Source: Chitinivibrionales bacterium (GTDB taxonomy: Bacteria > Fibrobacterota > Chitinivibrionia > Chitinivibrionales > WJKA01). From it: DNA of 16,372 bases. The first letter of the stretch is position 1, and each line of letters opens with the position of its first letter. A program made the position numbers and the translations under genes. The stretch is from positions 1 to 16,372 of the forward strand of contig JBBRUX010000066.1 in the NCBI GenBank assembly GCA_038247415.1. The letters are read 5' to 3'. Shown here piece after piece: positions 6,635 through 14,926 of the stretch. The notes under the pieces were generated by a model. That model saw only the letters and a list, made by a program, of their open reading frames with translations, did no database searches and was not told the origin of the DNA.

Positions 6635-8323
6635 ATGCTCAATAAATTGCCAAATCCTTTCAGAACGTACCGTCATGTAGCTCGATATGGTGAAATAGTT
6701 TCTGTATTGATCAAGTTTGGTTTTAGCGACCTTATAGCGTCAATAAAACTTGACCGTTATTTACCGATGCGTGAAATACGTCGGGCAAAGAAACCCAAAG
6801 CATCGGTTCATCAAATGTCTCGCGGAGACCGAATCCGGGGGGCATTTTCCGAACTGGGCCCTTCTTTCATAAAGCTCGGTCAGTTTATGAGCAACCGTCC
6901 AGATGCCCTCCCTGCCGAAATAATTTCCGCGCTTAGAGAGCTGGAGGATTCCGTTGCTCCTTTTGACTCTGCGGAAGCATTGAGGATTCTTGAAACTGAA
7001 TTAAGTAAACCGGTCGAGGAAATTTTCAAGGAATTTTCTAAAACGCCAATAGCTTCCGCATCCATCGCGCAGGTACATCGGGCCACGCTTTTTAACGGTG
7101 AGTACGTGGCTGTTAAAATCCAACGGCCTGACATTGAGAAAAACATTACAACCGATATGGAAATAATGTTCGAATTGGCAGGCCTCATTGAGCGTCATGT
7201 GCAGGGCGCTGCCACCATAAATCCCGTTAAAATTTGTGAGGAATTTAAACACAACCTCGGAAAAGAAATTGATTTTACCAATGAAGCGTCCCATGCAGAA
7301 AGATTTGGAGAGAATTTTAAAGGCGACACAAACATCCATGTGCCTATTGTCTATAGAGAATTCTGCACGAAACGTATTCTTACAACCGAGTTCATCGAGG
7401 GGATAAAGGTTTCGGATAGTAAGGCCCTTGCGGCAGCGGGTCTGGATGGTGGTATTATAGCCGAACGTGGAACGAAACTTTTGCTGCGCCAGATTTTTGA
7501 ACACGGCTATTTCCATGGTGATCCTCATGCCGGTAATATTTTCGTCTTGAAAGACAATGTGATTTGTTTTGTTGATTTTGGAATAATGGGTTTTTTATCG
7601 CCAACATTAAAAGAATACATTATTACCGTCATGCTTGCGATAGCTGACCGTGATCCAAAAAAAATTGTCCGGATTCTTGTTGAAGAAAGCCAGTATTCGG
7701 TGATCGATATCAACCGTCTGGAATATGATGTTAGTGAATTGATCGGCGAGTATGGGACTATGTCAATAAAAAATCTTAATGTTGGCGAACTTGTTACACA
7801 ACTGACAAAACTGATTGTTACCCACAACTTGCGCGTTATGCCGGGCTTTTTCCTGTTATTCAAGGCACTCGACACAATGGACAGAATCGGAAACACGCTC
7901 GATCCCGAATACAGAATAGTCAAACATGTTGAGCCATTTTTAAGAAAACATTTCAATGATCGGCTCAACCCGCTAAAATCAATACATTCCGTACTCATGA
8001 GCGCCGCGGATATTGGACATGCCGTTACACAGTTGCCGTTTACAATAAGTGATATTATTGGTATTGCAAAAAATGGCAAATTACATATTAAGTTCGAACA
8101 CCTGGGACTTGAGCCAATGCTTAACAAACACGATCAGCTTGTCAATAGAGCAGTGTTTGCAATTATAATCGGCTCGATTATCATGGGCTCATCGTTTGTT
8201 GTCCTTTCGGGTATTCCCCCTAAAATTTATGGCATTCCTCTTATTGGGTTTGTTGGATTTTTGGCCGCTGGGATCATCGGATTTTCGCTTCTGATATCCA
8301 TGATCTGGAATAAAAAATTATAA
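6635..8323 (+). CDS. ABC1/AarF/UbiB-family atypical kinase with C-terminal transmembrane helices
   Basis: KxGQ motif (FIKLGQFMSNRPD), A-rich loop ASASIAQVH, VAVKIQRP, FHGDPHAGN, VDFG, and two C-terminal hydrophobic segments. Start is ATG 6635 or GTG 6623. Confidence 0.92.
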   Translation: MLNKLPNPFRTYRHVARYGEIVSVLIKFGFSDLIASIKLDRYLPMREIRRAKKPKASVHQMSRGDRIRGAFSELGPSFIKLGQFMSNRPDALPAEIISALRELEDSVAPFDSAEALRILETELSKPVEEIFKEFSKTPIASASIAQVHRATLFNGEYVAVKIQRPDIEKNITTDMEIMFELAGLIERHVQGAATINPVKICEEFKHNLGKEIDFTNEASHAERFGENFKGDTNIHVPIVYREFCTKRILTTEFIEGIKVSDSKALAAAGLDGGIIAERGTKLLLRQIFEHGYFHGDPHAGNIFVLKDNVICFVDFGIMGFLSPTLKEYIITVMLAIADRDPKKIVRILVEESQYSVIDINRLEYDVSELIGEYGTMSIKNLNVGELVTQLTKLIVTHNLRVMPGFFLLFKALDTMDRIGNTLDPEYRIVKHVEPFLRKHFNDRLNPLKSIHSVLMSAADIGHAVTQLPFTISDIIGIAKNGKLHIKFEHLGLEPMLNKHDQLVNRAVFAIIIGSIIMGSSFVVLSGIPPKIYGIPLIGFVGFLAAGIIGFSLLISMIWNKKL

Positions 8324-8360
8324 ATTTAAAGTTCCTTGAACGTTATAGAGGAGTAGCCTA

Positions 8361-10619
8361 GTGTTTACAAAATGGTTTCCCTGGAGATTCATTGTCAGAC
8401 ATGCAGCCCGCATACATGGTTTTCTGGATCCAATCGGATTGCTGGCACATTTCGACCGTTTTGCAGAACCGTCGGAAGTGCGCGCACCCACAGAGCTGCT
8501 TCGAGCCGGGTTACTCCTGCAAGCTCGCGGATTTATTAACAATCAGGCAATCCAGCACAATCTCGATTGGGTTTGGCCGTATTGGGTGGTGCAGCAGTTC
8601 GACCCTCGCAGCTCCTCGTTTATCCCACGAGCATTTTCGGTCATTCATATAAATATTACACATCGCAACTGGACAGCACTTGGAATACCCGGGTGCGAGA
8701 ACATGCCGATAATCGATCCTCGGGGACTAGTTACCCCACACCACGACGGGTGGTCAATGGATTTCTGGATCGTGGGGTTAGACGGCACAGCATTGTTCCC
8801 CTCCCGTCTTGCATCGGTTGACCAGGAGCTAGCGTCTACCCCCAATCTTGTGGTGACGACACAGTCGTCTGACGCAGAGAAATACTTAACAGTAGCGTGC
8901 AGGGTCGAATTAATAAACGGGCAACCAAGCTGCTGCGTCGATATTTGCGCTTTGGCAAAAAACGACGCTCTGCTGGTCGTTTCCGCGCGACCGTTCAACC
9001 CCGAAGGAGTGAGCTTCATAGACACTATTGCCACAGATAAAAATCCGCGGGAAGTAATTATTAACAAAAAAGACCGGATTCTCTTTTCGGAAACCCCCAC
9101 GCAGATTCTGTTTTCCAATTACCGCGAAGGCGATGTTTTTCGTCAACTATTGAATGTAAATAATCCCCAACGCGACCATATCGCATGTCCCGTAGGCATG
9201 GCAACATGCGCAGCCGTTTACCCCATTACTGCAGCGGTGCAGCGCAGGATCGAGCTTACTATGCCTCTTACTCCTTCTAGCGTGCCGTCGAATCCAATTA
9301 TCACTACTGTCACGTCGGGCAGCGAGATGTGGTCCCGGCGCATGCAGGGGGCGTGCACGCTTCAGATTTCCGACACAGTGATATGCCGGCTATTTTCTGC
9401 GGCGCTAACGACCATGGTGCTGCATACTCCCGGGGATGTGTTTGCCGGTCCGTACACCTACAAGCGGTTCTGGTTCCGCGATGCGGTGCTGATCTTGCAC
9501 CCCATGCTCGTACTTGGTCTGGGTGCTAATGTCAAGGAACTGGTTCAAACGTTTTTTAAGCGCCAAAGAGGAGACGGCTACTTTATGTCGCAGGAGGGTG
9601 AATGGGATTCCAACGGACAGGTACTGTGGCTTATTAACCGGTTTCGGTTGCTTACGCGAACTCCCCTTGATCCATCATGGCTACCCCACATCAGTAAAGC
9701 GGCGAATTGGATCCGTAAAAAAAGGCGCACATCCGGTTTTCCGGGGCTTTTGCCCGCGGGCTTTAGCGCCGAACATCTCGGGCCCAACGATAACTATTAC
9801 TGGGATGATTTCTGGAGTATAGCGGGATTGACATCTGCTGCCGCCATGCTGGAAGGATTCGGCAACAAGGCTTTGGCGGACATTTGCCTTTGTGAAGCGC
9901 AGGATCTCTTGAAAACAGTTCTTGATGTCCTGGGGAAATCGACCGGCGACAACGCAGAACCCATTATGTCAACCTCTCCGCATCGCAGAATGGACAGCGC
10001 CGCTGTAGCGAGTTTGGTGGCAACCTATCCGTTGCAAATTCTGCCCGCCGATGGCCCTTTGGTGCGTAACACTGTTCACTATCTTGTTGACCATTGCTTC
10101 GTAGACAATGCACTCTTCCACGATATCAGCCATTCGGGGATCAACCCGTATTTGTCGTTGCATATCGCTCAGGCAATGCTGCGGGCAGGAGATCCCCGAT
10201 ACCTGCAGATGGTGTACCGCATACGCGACCTTGCCTCGCCTACCGGCCAATGGCCCGAGGGCATCCATCCAAGAACAGGGTACGGGTGCATGGGCGACGG
10301 CCAACATGTGTGGGCCGCGGCAGAATGGGCTATGATGATTCGGAATTGCTTTGTGCGGGAAGAAGACGCTCTCGGAAAGATTGTACTGTGCTCGGGCGTT
10401 GCACGGGAGTGGTTATCCCCAGATGTTCCCGCTACGTTCGGCCCAACCCATACCCTTTTCGGGATCATTTCGCTCACTATTACCATTACCGAAAGCACGG
10501 TTCGCGTCGATTGGGAAGGAGTCTGGCATGCCGGACGCCCCCTTATCGAGATATCACTTCCCGGCGCACCCAGTGTAACGGCAACGCCTGATCGGGACTG
10601 GGTCGAAATCATATTGTAA
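8361..10619 (+). CDS. Putative six-hairpin (alpha/alpha)6 glycosidase-like protein of unknown substrate
   Basis: 752-aa ORF with SD GAGGAG. Motifs GPYTYKRFWFRDA, EGEWDSNGQ, SAEHLGPNDNYYWDD and GQWPEGIHP..MGDGQH resemble GH15/GH63/GH78-like barrels. Confidence 0.65.
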   Translation: MFTKWFPWRFIVRHAARIHGFLDPIGLLAHFDRFAEPSEVRAPTELLRAGLLLQARGFINNQAIQHNLDWVWPYWVVQQFDPRSSSFIPRAFSVIHINITHRNWTALGIPGCENMPIIDPRGLVTPHHDGWSMDFWIVGLDGTALFPSRLASVDQELASTPNLVVTTQSSDAEKYLTVACRVELINGQPSCCVDICALAKNDALLVVSARPFNPEGVSFIDTIATDKNPREVIINKKDRILFSETPTQILFSNYREGDVFRQLLNVNNPQRDHIACPVGMATCAAVYPITAAVQRRIELTMPLTPSSVPSNPIITTVTSGSEMWSRRMQGACTLQISDTVICRLFSAALTTMVLHTPGDVFAGPYTYKRFWFRDAVLILHPMLVLGLGANVKELVQTFFKRQRGDGYFMSQEGEWDSNGQVLWLINRFRLLTRTPLDPSWLPHISKAANWIRKKRRTSGFPGLLPAGFSAEHLGPNDNYYWDDFWSIAGLTSAAAMLEGFGNKALADICLCEAQDLLKTVLDVLGKSTGDNAEPIMSTSPHRRMDSAAVASLVATYPLQILPADGPLVRNTVHYLVDHCFVDNALFHDISHSGINPYLSLHIAQAMLRAGDPRYLQMVYRIRDLASPTGQWPEGIHPRTGYGCMGDGQHVWAAAEWAMMIRNCFVREEDALGKIVLCSGVAREWLSPDVPATFGPTHTLFGIISLTITITESTVRVDWEGVWHAGRPLIEISLPGAPSVTATPDRDWVEIIL

Positions 10620-10635
10620 ACAGGGAGTTACTACT

Positions 10636-11922
10636 ATGAATATCCTTATACTGACGAATTCCTATACCCCTTTTGTAGGAGGATTGGAACGGTCCGTAGC
10701 CTTATTTACTAGCCGGCTTCGAAGCAGGGGGCACCGCGTGCTTATTGTCACACCGGATTCGGAGGGTGCCCCTCTAAACGAAGAGGACGTGGTTCGCGTA
10801 CCTGCGATACAGCATTTCAACGGGACCGATTTTTCTGTGCAATTGCCGGTGCCGGGGATTCTCAACGCGATACTGCGAGAGTTTCGTCCCGACCTTGTAC
10901 ATTCCCAGCATCCCTTTCTCATCGGCGACACTGCCCTGCGCATCGCGACGGAAAGTAAAGCACCACTCGTGTTTACATTCCATACGTTCTTTGAGCACTA
11001 CACTCATTACACGCCGGTAGATTCGCCTCAATCCAAACGGTTCGTTGCCGCACTCGCAACGGGGTATAGCAATCTGTGCGACTCGGTGATCGCACCCAGC
11101 GAAAGTGTGCGACAGGAGCTGCAACACCGTGGGGTCACCCGCCCCATTTCGGTAGTCCCCACCGGCATCGACGTCGAAAGCTTTAAGGAAGGCGACGGGC
11201 AGGCGTTTCGTGCGGCAGCCGGCATTCCCCCAGACGCATTCGTAGCGGGAATTGTGAGCCGAATCGCCCCTGAAAAGAACCTCGGATTCTTGACAGAAGC
11301 GCTTATGCATTTCATGACGCTTAATGTCAACGCCCATTTCCTCATGATCGGCGATGGCCCTTCGGCCGAAGAAATCAAAGCGACCTTCACCGAAAAGGGT
11401 TTTGGCGACCGATTCCATGCGCCCGGAACGCTGCAAGGTCGGCCGCTTCTGGACGGCTATCATGCGATGAATGTTTTCGTCTTCGCGTCCTTTAGCGAGA
11501 CACAGGGTCTGGTGCTTACCGAGGCGATGGCAGCCGGCGTTCCCGTCATTGCACTCGACGGTCCCGGCGTTCGCGACGTTTTGCGCGAACACGATGGAGG
11601 ACGGCTCATCATGGATCAAAAGAGCGATGAGTTTGTAAAGGCGCTTCAAGAGTATGCCGCACTTTCCCCTAGCGAGTACGAAAGCCGCAGCGCCAGCGCC
11701 CAGGCACGTGCGGCCGATTATTCGCACGAAATATGCACCAATCTCCTGTTGGACGTATACCGCGCTGCATTATCAAACGAGCTGCTGCAGCATGAGTACA
11801 AGACAAACCACTGGAAGGAAACCCTCGACCGGTTGCAGACTGAATGGCACCTGTTCTCCAACGTTGCGCAAGCCGCCCACGATGCTTTGGCACCCAGGCA
11901 AAATACCGTTCAGTCAAGCTGA
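10636..11922 (+). CDS. GT4 glycosyltransferase (diacylglycerol glucosyltransferase-like)
   Basis: MNILILTNSYTPFVGG, PDLVHSQHPF, FTFHT, VVPTGID, SRIAPEKN, FASFSETQGLVLTEAMAAGVPV (E-x7-E). Confidence 0.92.
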   Translation: MNILILTNSYTPFVGGLERSVALFTSRLRSRGHRVLIVTPDSEGAPLNEEDVVRVPAIQHFNGTDFSVQLPVPGILNAILREFRPDLVHSQHPFLIGDTALRIATESKAPLVFTFHTFFEHYTHYTPVDSPQSKRFVAALATGYSNLCDSVIAPSESVRQELQHRGVTRPISVVPTGIDVESFKEGDGQAFRAAAGIPPDAFVAGIVSRIAPEKNLGFLTEALMHFMTLNVNAHFLMIGDGPSAEEIKATFTEKGFGDRFHAPGTLQGRPLLDGYHAMNVFVFASFSETQGLVLTEAMAAGVPVIALDGPGVRDVLREHDGGRLIMDQKSDEFVKALQEYAALSPSEYESRSASAQARAADYSHEICTNLLLDVYRAALSNELLQHEYKTNHWKETLDRLQTEWHLFSNVAQAAHDALAPRQNTVQSS

Positions 11923-11941
11923 ATCAGCAGATGATACTATC

Positions 11942-12349
11942 ATGAAAAAATTAACATTTCGTAAAACGGCCATGTTTCTTTTGAGTGCAGTTCTAACCGG
12001 CACCCTCTATGTAGGCGCGCTGTATCTGTGCGAGAAAAAAATGTCGCTGAATCCCTATCTGAGCGTTACCCTAGCGTTTATCGCGTCGTCGATTTTTTAC
12101 TTTGTTTCCAACAAGCTCGTGGTTTTTAGGGATGCACCGTCAACAAGCAGTCTTATGGTGCAAATTGGCCAATTCGCAATAGTAGTTTTAGTCAACTATG
12201 CGATAACAATTTCGCTTGTTTGGGCGTTCAAGTATTTCACCGGTGAGGTCTACTCAGGTTCCGTGGCCGCAGGTATCGTGACGACGATACTTGCTTATTT
12301 AGTGTTCGATACGATGTTCTCGGGAATAGCGAAACAACGTGCTGATTAA
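11942..12349 (+). CDS. GtrA-family small polytopic membrane protein
   Basis: From ATG 11942: four hydrophobic segments and FVSNKLVVFRD (the GtrA-type N+xxxF motif). The longer ORF-track start overlaps GT4. Confidence 0.75.
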   Translation: MKKLTFRKTAMFLLSAVLTGTLYVGALYLCEKKMSLNPYLSVTLAFIASSIFYFVSNKLVVFRDAPSTSSLMVQIGQFAIVVLVNYAITISLVWAFKYFTGEVYSGSVAAGIVTTILAYLVFDTMFSGIAKQRAD

Positions 12350-13085
12350 AATATTTACACTCAATATCCACAAGGGATTTTCATGGTTTAACCGACGGTT
12401 TATGCTGCCACGGTTGCGTCAAGCAATCAGATCGGTAAATCCGGACATCCTTTTTCTGCAGGAAGTGATCGGAGAGAACGAGTTGATCGAGCTCAGACAC
12501 AGTGAGACTCCCGGGGTATCACAGTATGAATTTCTCGCCGAGGAGTTCTGGCCATTTCATACCTACGGGAAAAATGCGATCTATCTTGGGGGACACCATG
12601 GAAACGCCATTTTGTCTCGATATCCGATTGTATCCACTACCAACACCAATATCTCCACCAATAAGCTGGAACAGCGTGGGCTTTTATATTGTCATGTAAG
12701 AATGCCCCAAACGCATACTGTCGTCCATTGCTTGTCCGCGCATCTTGATCTCTTCAGAAGAGGACGCCGCAAGCAGTTCCTCATGATCGAGGAGTTTATA
12801 CACAAAAATATTCCGTCCGGTTCACCGCTTGTTCTTGCCGGCGATTTCAACGATTGGGCGAATAAGGATGCGTTGAACTTTTCAGCTCGCATGATGTTAA
12901 CAGATGCGGTGCGCGTACCTTCGGGCAAAGCAGTCTATACATTTCCAGCGAAATTCCCGTTGCTACCACTCGACCATATTTTTGTGCGTGATACCCGGGT
13001 GATTCATTCGGTCCGTTACAAAGGTGACAACTGGGAGAAGCTTTCCGATCATATACCTCTGAGCGCAAGTATCGAAATTGAATAG
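12339..13085 (+). CDS. Endonuclease/exonuclease/phosphatase (YbhP-like)
   Basis: TLNIHKG, PDILFLQEV, HGNAILSRYP, AGDFNDW, LDHIFV, LSDHIPL. The GTG start overlaps the GtrA end. Confidence 0.9.
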   Translation: MLIKIFTLNIHKGFSWFNRRFMLPRLRQAIRSVNPDILFLQEVIGENELIELRHSETPGVSQYEFLAEEFWPFHTYGKNAIYLGGHHGNAILSRYPIVSTTNTNISTNKLEQRGLLYCHVRMPQTHTVVHCLSAHLDLFRRGRRKQFLMIEEFIHKNIPSGSPLVLAGDFNDWANKDALNFSARMMLTDAVRVPSGKAVYTFPAKFPLLPLDHIFVRDTRVIHSVRYKGDNWEKLSDHIPLSASIEIE

Positions 13086-13099
13086 TCGCAGGTGCCGTT

Positions 13100-14476
13100 A
13101 TGAACTTATTTCAGCTACTTATTGACCATGCCGTAGCCATCGTCGGCTTCCTTCTTGCACTATTTCTGATGGTGAAAATCATGCGCGAACGTCGTGCTCC
13201 AGCCACCACAATGGCCTGGCTCCTTGCGATAGTACTAATCCCGTATGTTGGCGTTCCGGCATTTGTACTGTTCGGGGGACGTAAAATAAAACGGTTGATG
13301 CGGGAAAAGCACAGTATAAAAAACGCAGCACCAGTTCTCGCACGTCCAAATGCGCCAATGAGCATGAGTAGCATCTTTGCTCAGCGCAGTGGCCCGCATC
13401 CTGTCTTGCTACTGTGCGGAGAATCAGCATTTGCCTGTTTGCTCGATACCATCAAGGGCGCGCAACGTAGCATCCGGATTTCGACGTTTATTTTCGGTAC
13501 TGATGCCATTGGAGAGGCGATTCTGCGGGAGCTTATTGTCTGTTTACACCGTGGGGTTGACGTCTGCTTGCTGGTTGATGCCCTTGGTTCATTCAAACTA
13601 ACAAAACTATTCCTCGCGAAATTCAAGGCCGCGGGAGGTAAATACGCCTATTTTATGCCAATGATACACCTGCCTTTTCGTGGACGCGCAAACCTGCGTA
13701 ACCACCGAAAATTGATTATCGTCGATGAGTCTTCCGCCCTCCTTGGGGGAATGAACCTGACGCAGCAGTACATGGGACCGCACCACGATGCAACGCGTTG
13801 GAACGACATCGCGATCTCTGTGCAAGGGGCAGTTGTGAAGGATCTTTCGCGCGTGTTTGCATCCGATTGGCATTTTGCGGCGGGCTATGACCTTGAATTG
13901 GAAGATGATCATCCCTTTGATGCTATCCGCAGCGAAGAAGAAGTCAGGTATCAGGCCGTCCCCAGCGGACCGGACATCACCAGTGATGCTCTTTACGATG
14001 CGTTGCTTACTCTCATATTCACTGCCCGTAAACGTATCTGGATCGTAACTCCCTATTTCATACCCGACGAGATGATGCTTAAAGCATTATGTGTAGCGTC
14101 AACGAGGCAGGTCGATGTACGGATTATTGTTCCGCATAAGTCAAATCACACAATTGCAGATCTCGTGCGACGCGGTTATCTGCGCATAGCCCAACAGGCT
14201 GGAGCCCGTCTTTATTTTTATCAGCCGGGAATGCTGCATACCAAATTGATACTCATCGACGATCAGCCGGCGATACTCGGTTCCATGAATATGGACATGA
14301 GGAGTTTCTTCCTTAATTATGAGATAGCACTTTTTATTTATTCGGCGCCGGCACTAGAAAACCTTACTATCTATGCGGAAGGGTTAATGAGAAAAAGTCG
14401 CACCGGGTTGGCAAAAACGCCAATGCCCGTGGAATTTCTGGAAAGCGTTCTTCGCCTTTTCGCGCCATTGTTATGA
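13100..14476 (+). CDS. cls: Cardiolipin synthase / phospholipase D with N-terminal membrane anchor
   Basis: Two HKD motifs (NHRKLIIVD...GGMN; LHTKLILID...GSMNMDMRSFFLNYE), SGPD, TPYFIPD, and the ClsA-type N-terminus AWLLAIVLIPYVG. Confidence 0.92.
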   Translation: MNLFQLLIDHAVAIVGFLLALFLMVKIMRERRAPATTMAWLLAIVLIPYVGVPAFVLFGGRKIKRLMREKHSIKNAAPVLARPNAPMSMSSIFAQRSGPHPVLLLCGESAFACLLDTIKGAQRSIRISTFIFGTDAIGEAILRELIVCLHRGVDVCLLVDALGSFKLTKLFLAKFKAAGGKYAYFMPMIHLPFRGRANLRNHRKLIIVDESSALLGGMNLTQQYMGPHHDATRWNDIAISVQGAVVKDLSRVFASDWHFAAGYDLELEDDHPFDAIRSEEEVRYQAVPSGPDITSDALYDALLTLIFTARKRIWIVTPYFIPDEMMLKALCVASTRQVDVRIIVPHKSNHTIADLVRRGYLRIAQQAGARLYFYQPGMLHTKLILIDDQPAILGSMNMDMRSFFLNYEIALFIYSAPALENLTIYAEGLMRKSRTGLAKTPMPVEFLESVLRLFAPLL

Positions 14477-14493
14477 AAACAAGGTAATCGTTG

Positions 14494-14509
14494 TGGCACG
14501 TGATTTGCA
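14494..14509 (+). promoter_or_regulatory. Sigma54 (-24/-12) promoter, consensus match
   Basis: TGGCACGTGATTTGCA = TGGCACG-N4-TTGCA, 47 bp before the csbD #2 ATG. Confidence 0.8.
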
Positions 14510-14556
14510 ATGTTTAATATAAGAGTCACTATTTTTCCATTAACAAGGAGTACAAG

Positions 14557-14736
14557 ATGAAATCCAGTATGCACGACAAGGTTGAGGGTAAGTTTCACAG
14601 AGTAAAGGGTAATATTAAAGAAGTTGCCGGGAATCTCGGAAATAACCCAGAATTGGAATCCAAAGGTAAGTTCGAAAAAACCGCCGGCAAAATTCAGGAA
14701 AAAGTTGGCCAAGCCAAGAAGCTTATCGGCAAGTAA
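14557..14736 (+). CDS. csbD: CsbD-family general stress protein #2 (59 aa, not in ORF track)
   Basis: MKSSMHDKVEGKFHRVKGNIKEVAGNLGNNPELESKGKFEKTAGKIQEKVGQAKKLIGK*. SD AAGGAG. 44/59 identical to copy #1. Confidence 0.92.
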   Translation: MKSSMHDKVEGKFHRVKGNIKEVAGNLGNNPELESKGKFEKTAGKIQEKVGQAKKLIGK

Positions 14737-14752
14737 AAAAAACGAACCAAGT

Positions 14753-14851
14753 TATCCAAGCGTCGTTGCAAGTGGTGCATCCGCTGGAGGCTTGGTCGTA
14801 CTCCGAGAAATAAGCGAAAATCTCCCACCTGATGCCTAAAAGGCGTTCGTG
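14753..14851 (+). pseudogene. Degraded N-terminal fragment of a CheB methylesterase (CheB/CheR-type)
   Basis: Translates YPSVVASGASAGGLVVLREISENLPPDA*KAFV, matching the CheB pattern FPxVxIGASAGGLxALxxFFxxLPxDTGMAFV, with an in-frame stop and no continuation. Confidence 0.7.
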
Positions 14852-14926
14852 TGGGACTTTCGTATTCTGGGCGGGCAAGAGAGCCTGTCCCCTTCCAGCC
14901 TGTATGTATCTATCAAGGAATAAATT

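Noticed and set aside
1978..8127. Long antisense ORFs (1978-2538, 7001-7528, 7525-8127)
   Set aside because: Shadow frames of well-supported + strand genes.
6635..8323. Calling the kinase ubiB of ubiquinone synthesis
   Set aside because: No ubiE/ubiJ neighbours. Only family membership is supported.
10774..11727. 317-aa minus-strand ORF
   Set aside because: Fully antisense to the well-supported GT4 gene in GC-rich DNA, with no recognisable motifs.
11654..11941. N-terminal extension of the GtrA ORF
   Set aside because: Overlaps GT4 by ~270 nt in another frame. The GtrA-like sequence starts at ATG 11942.
14624..14839. 71-aa ORF in the track
   Set aside because: Its 5' half is an alternative frame of csbD #2. 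Only the 3' half is meaningful, as the cheB remnant.
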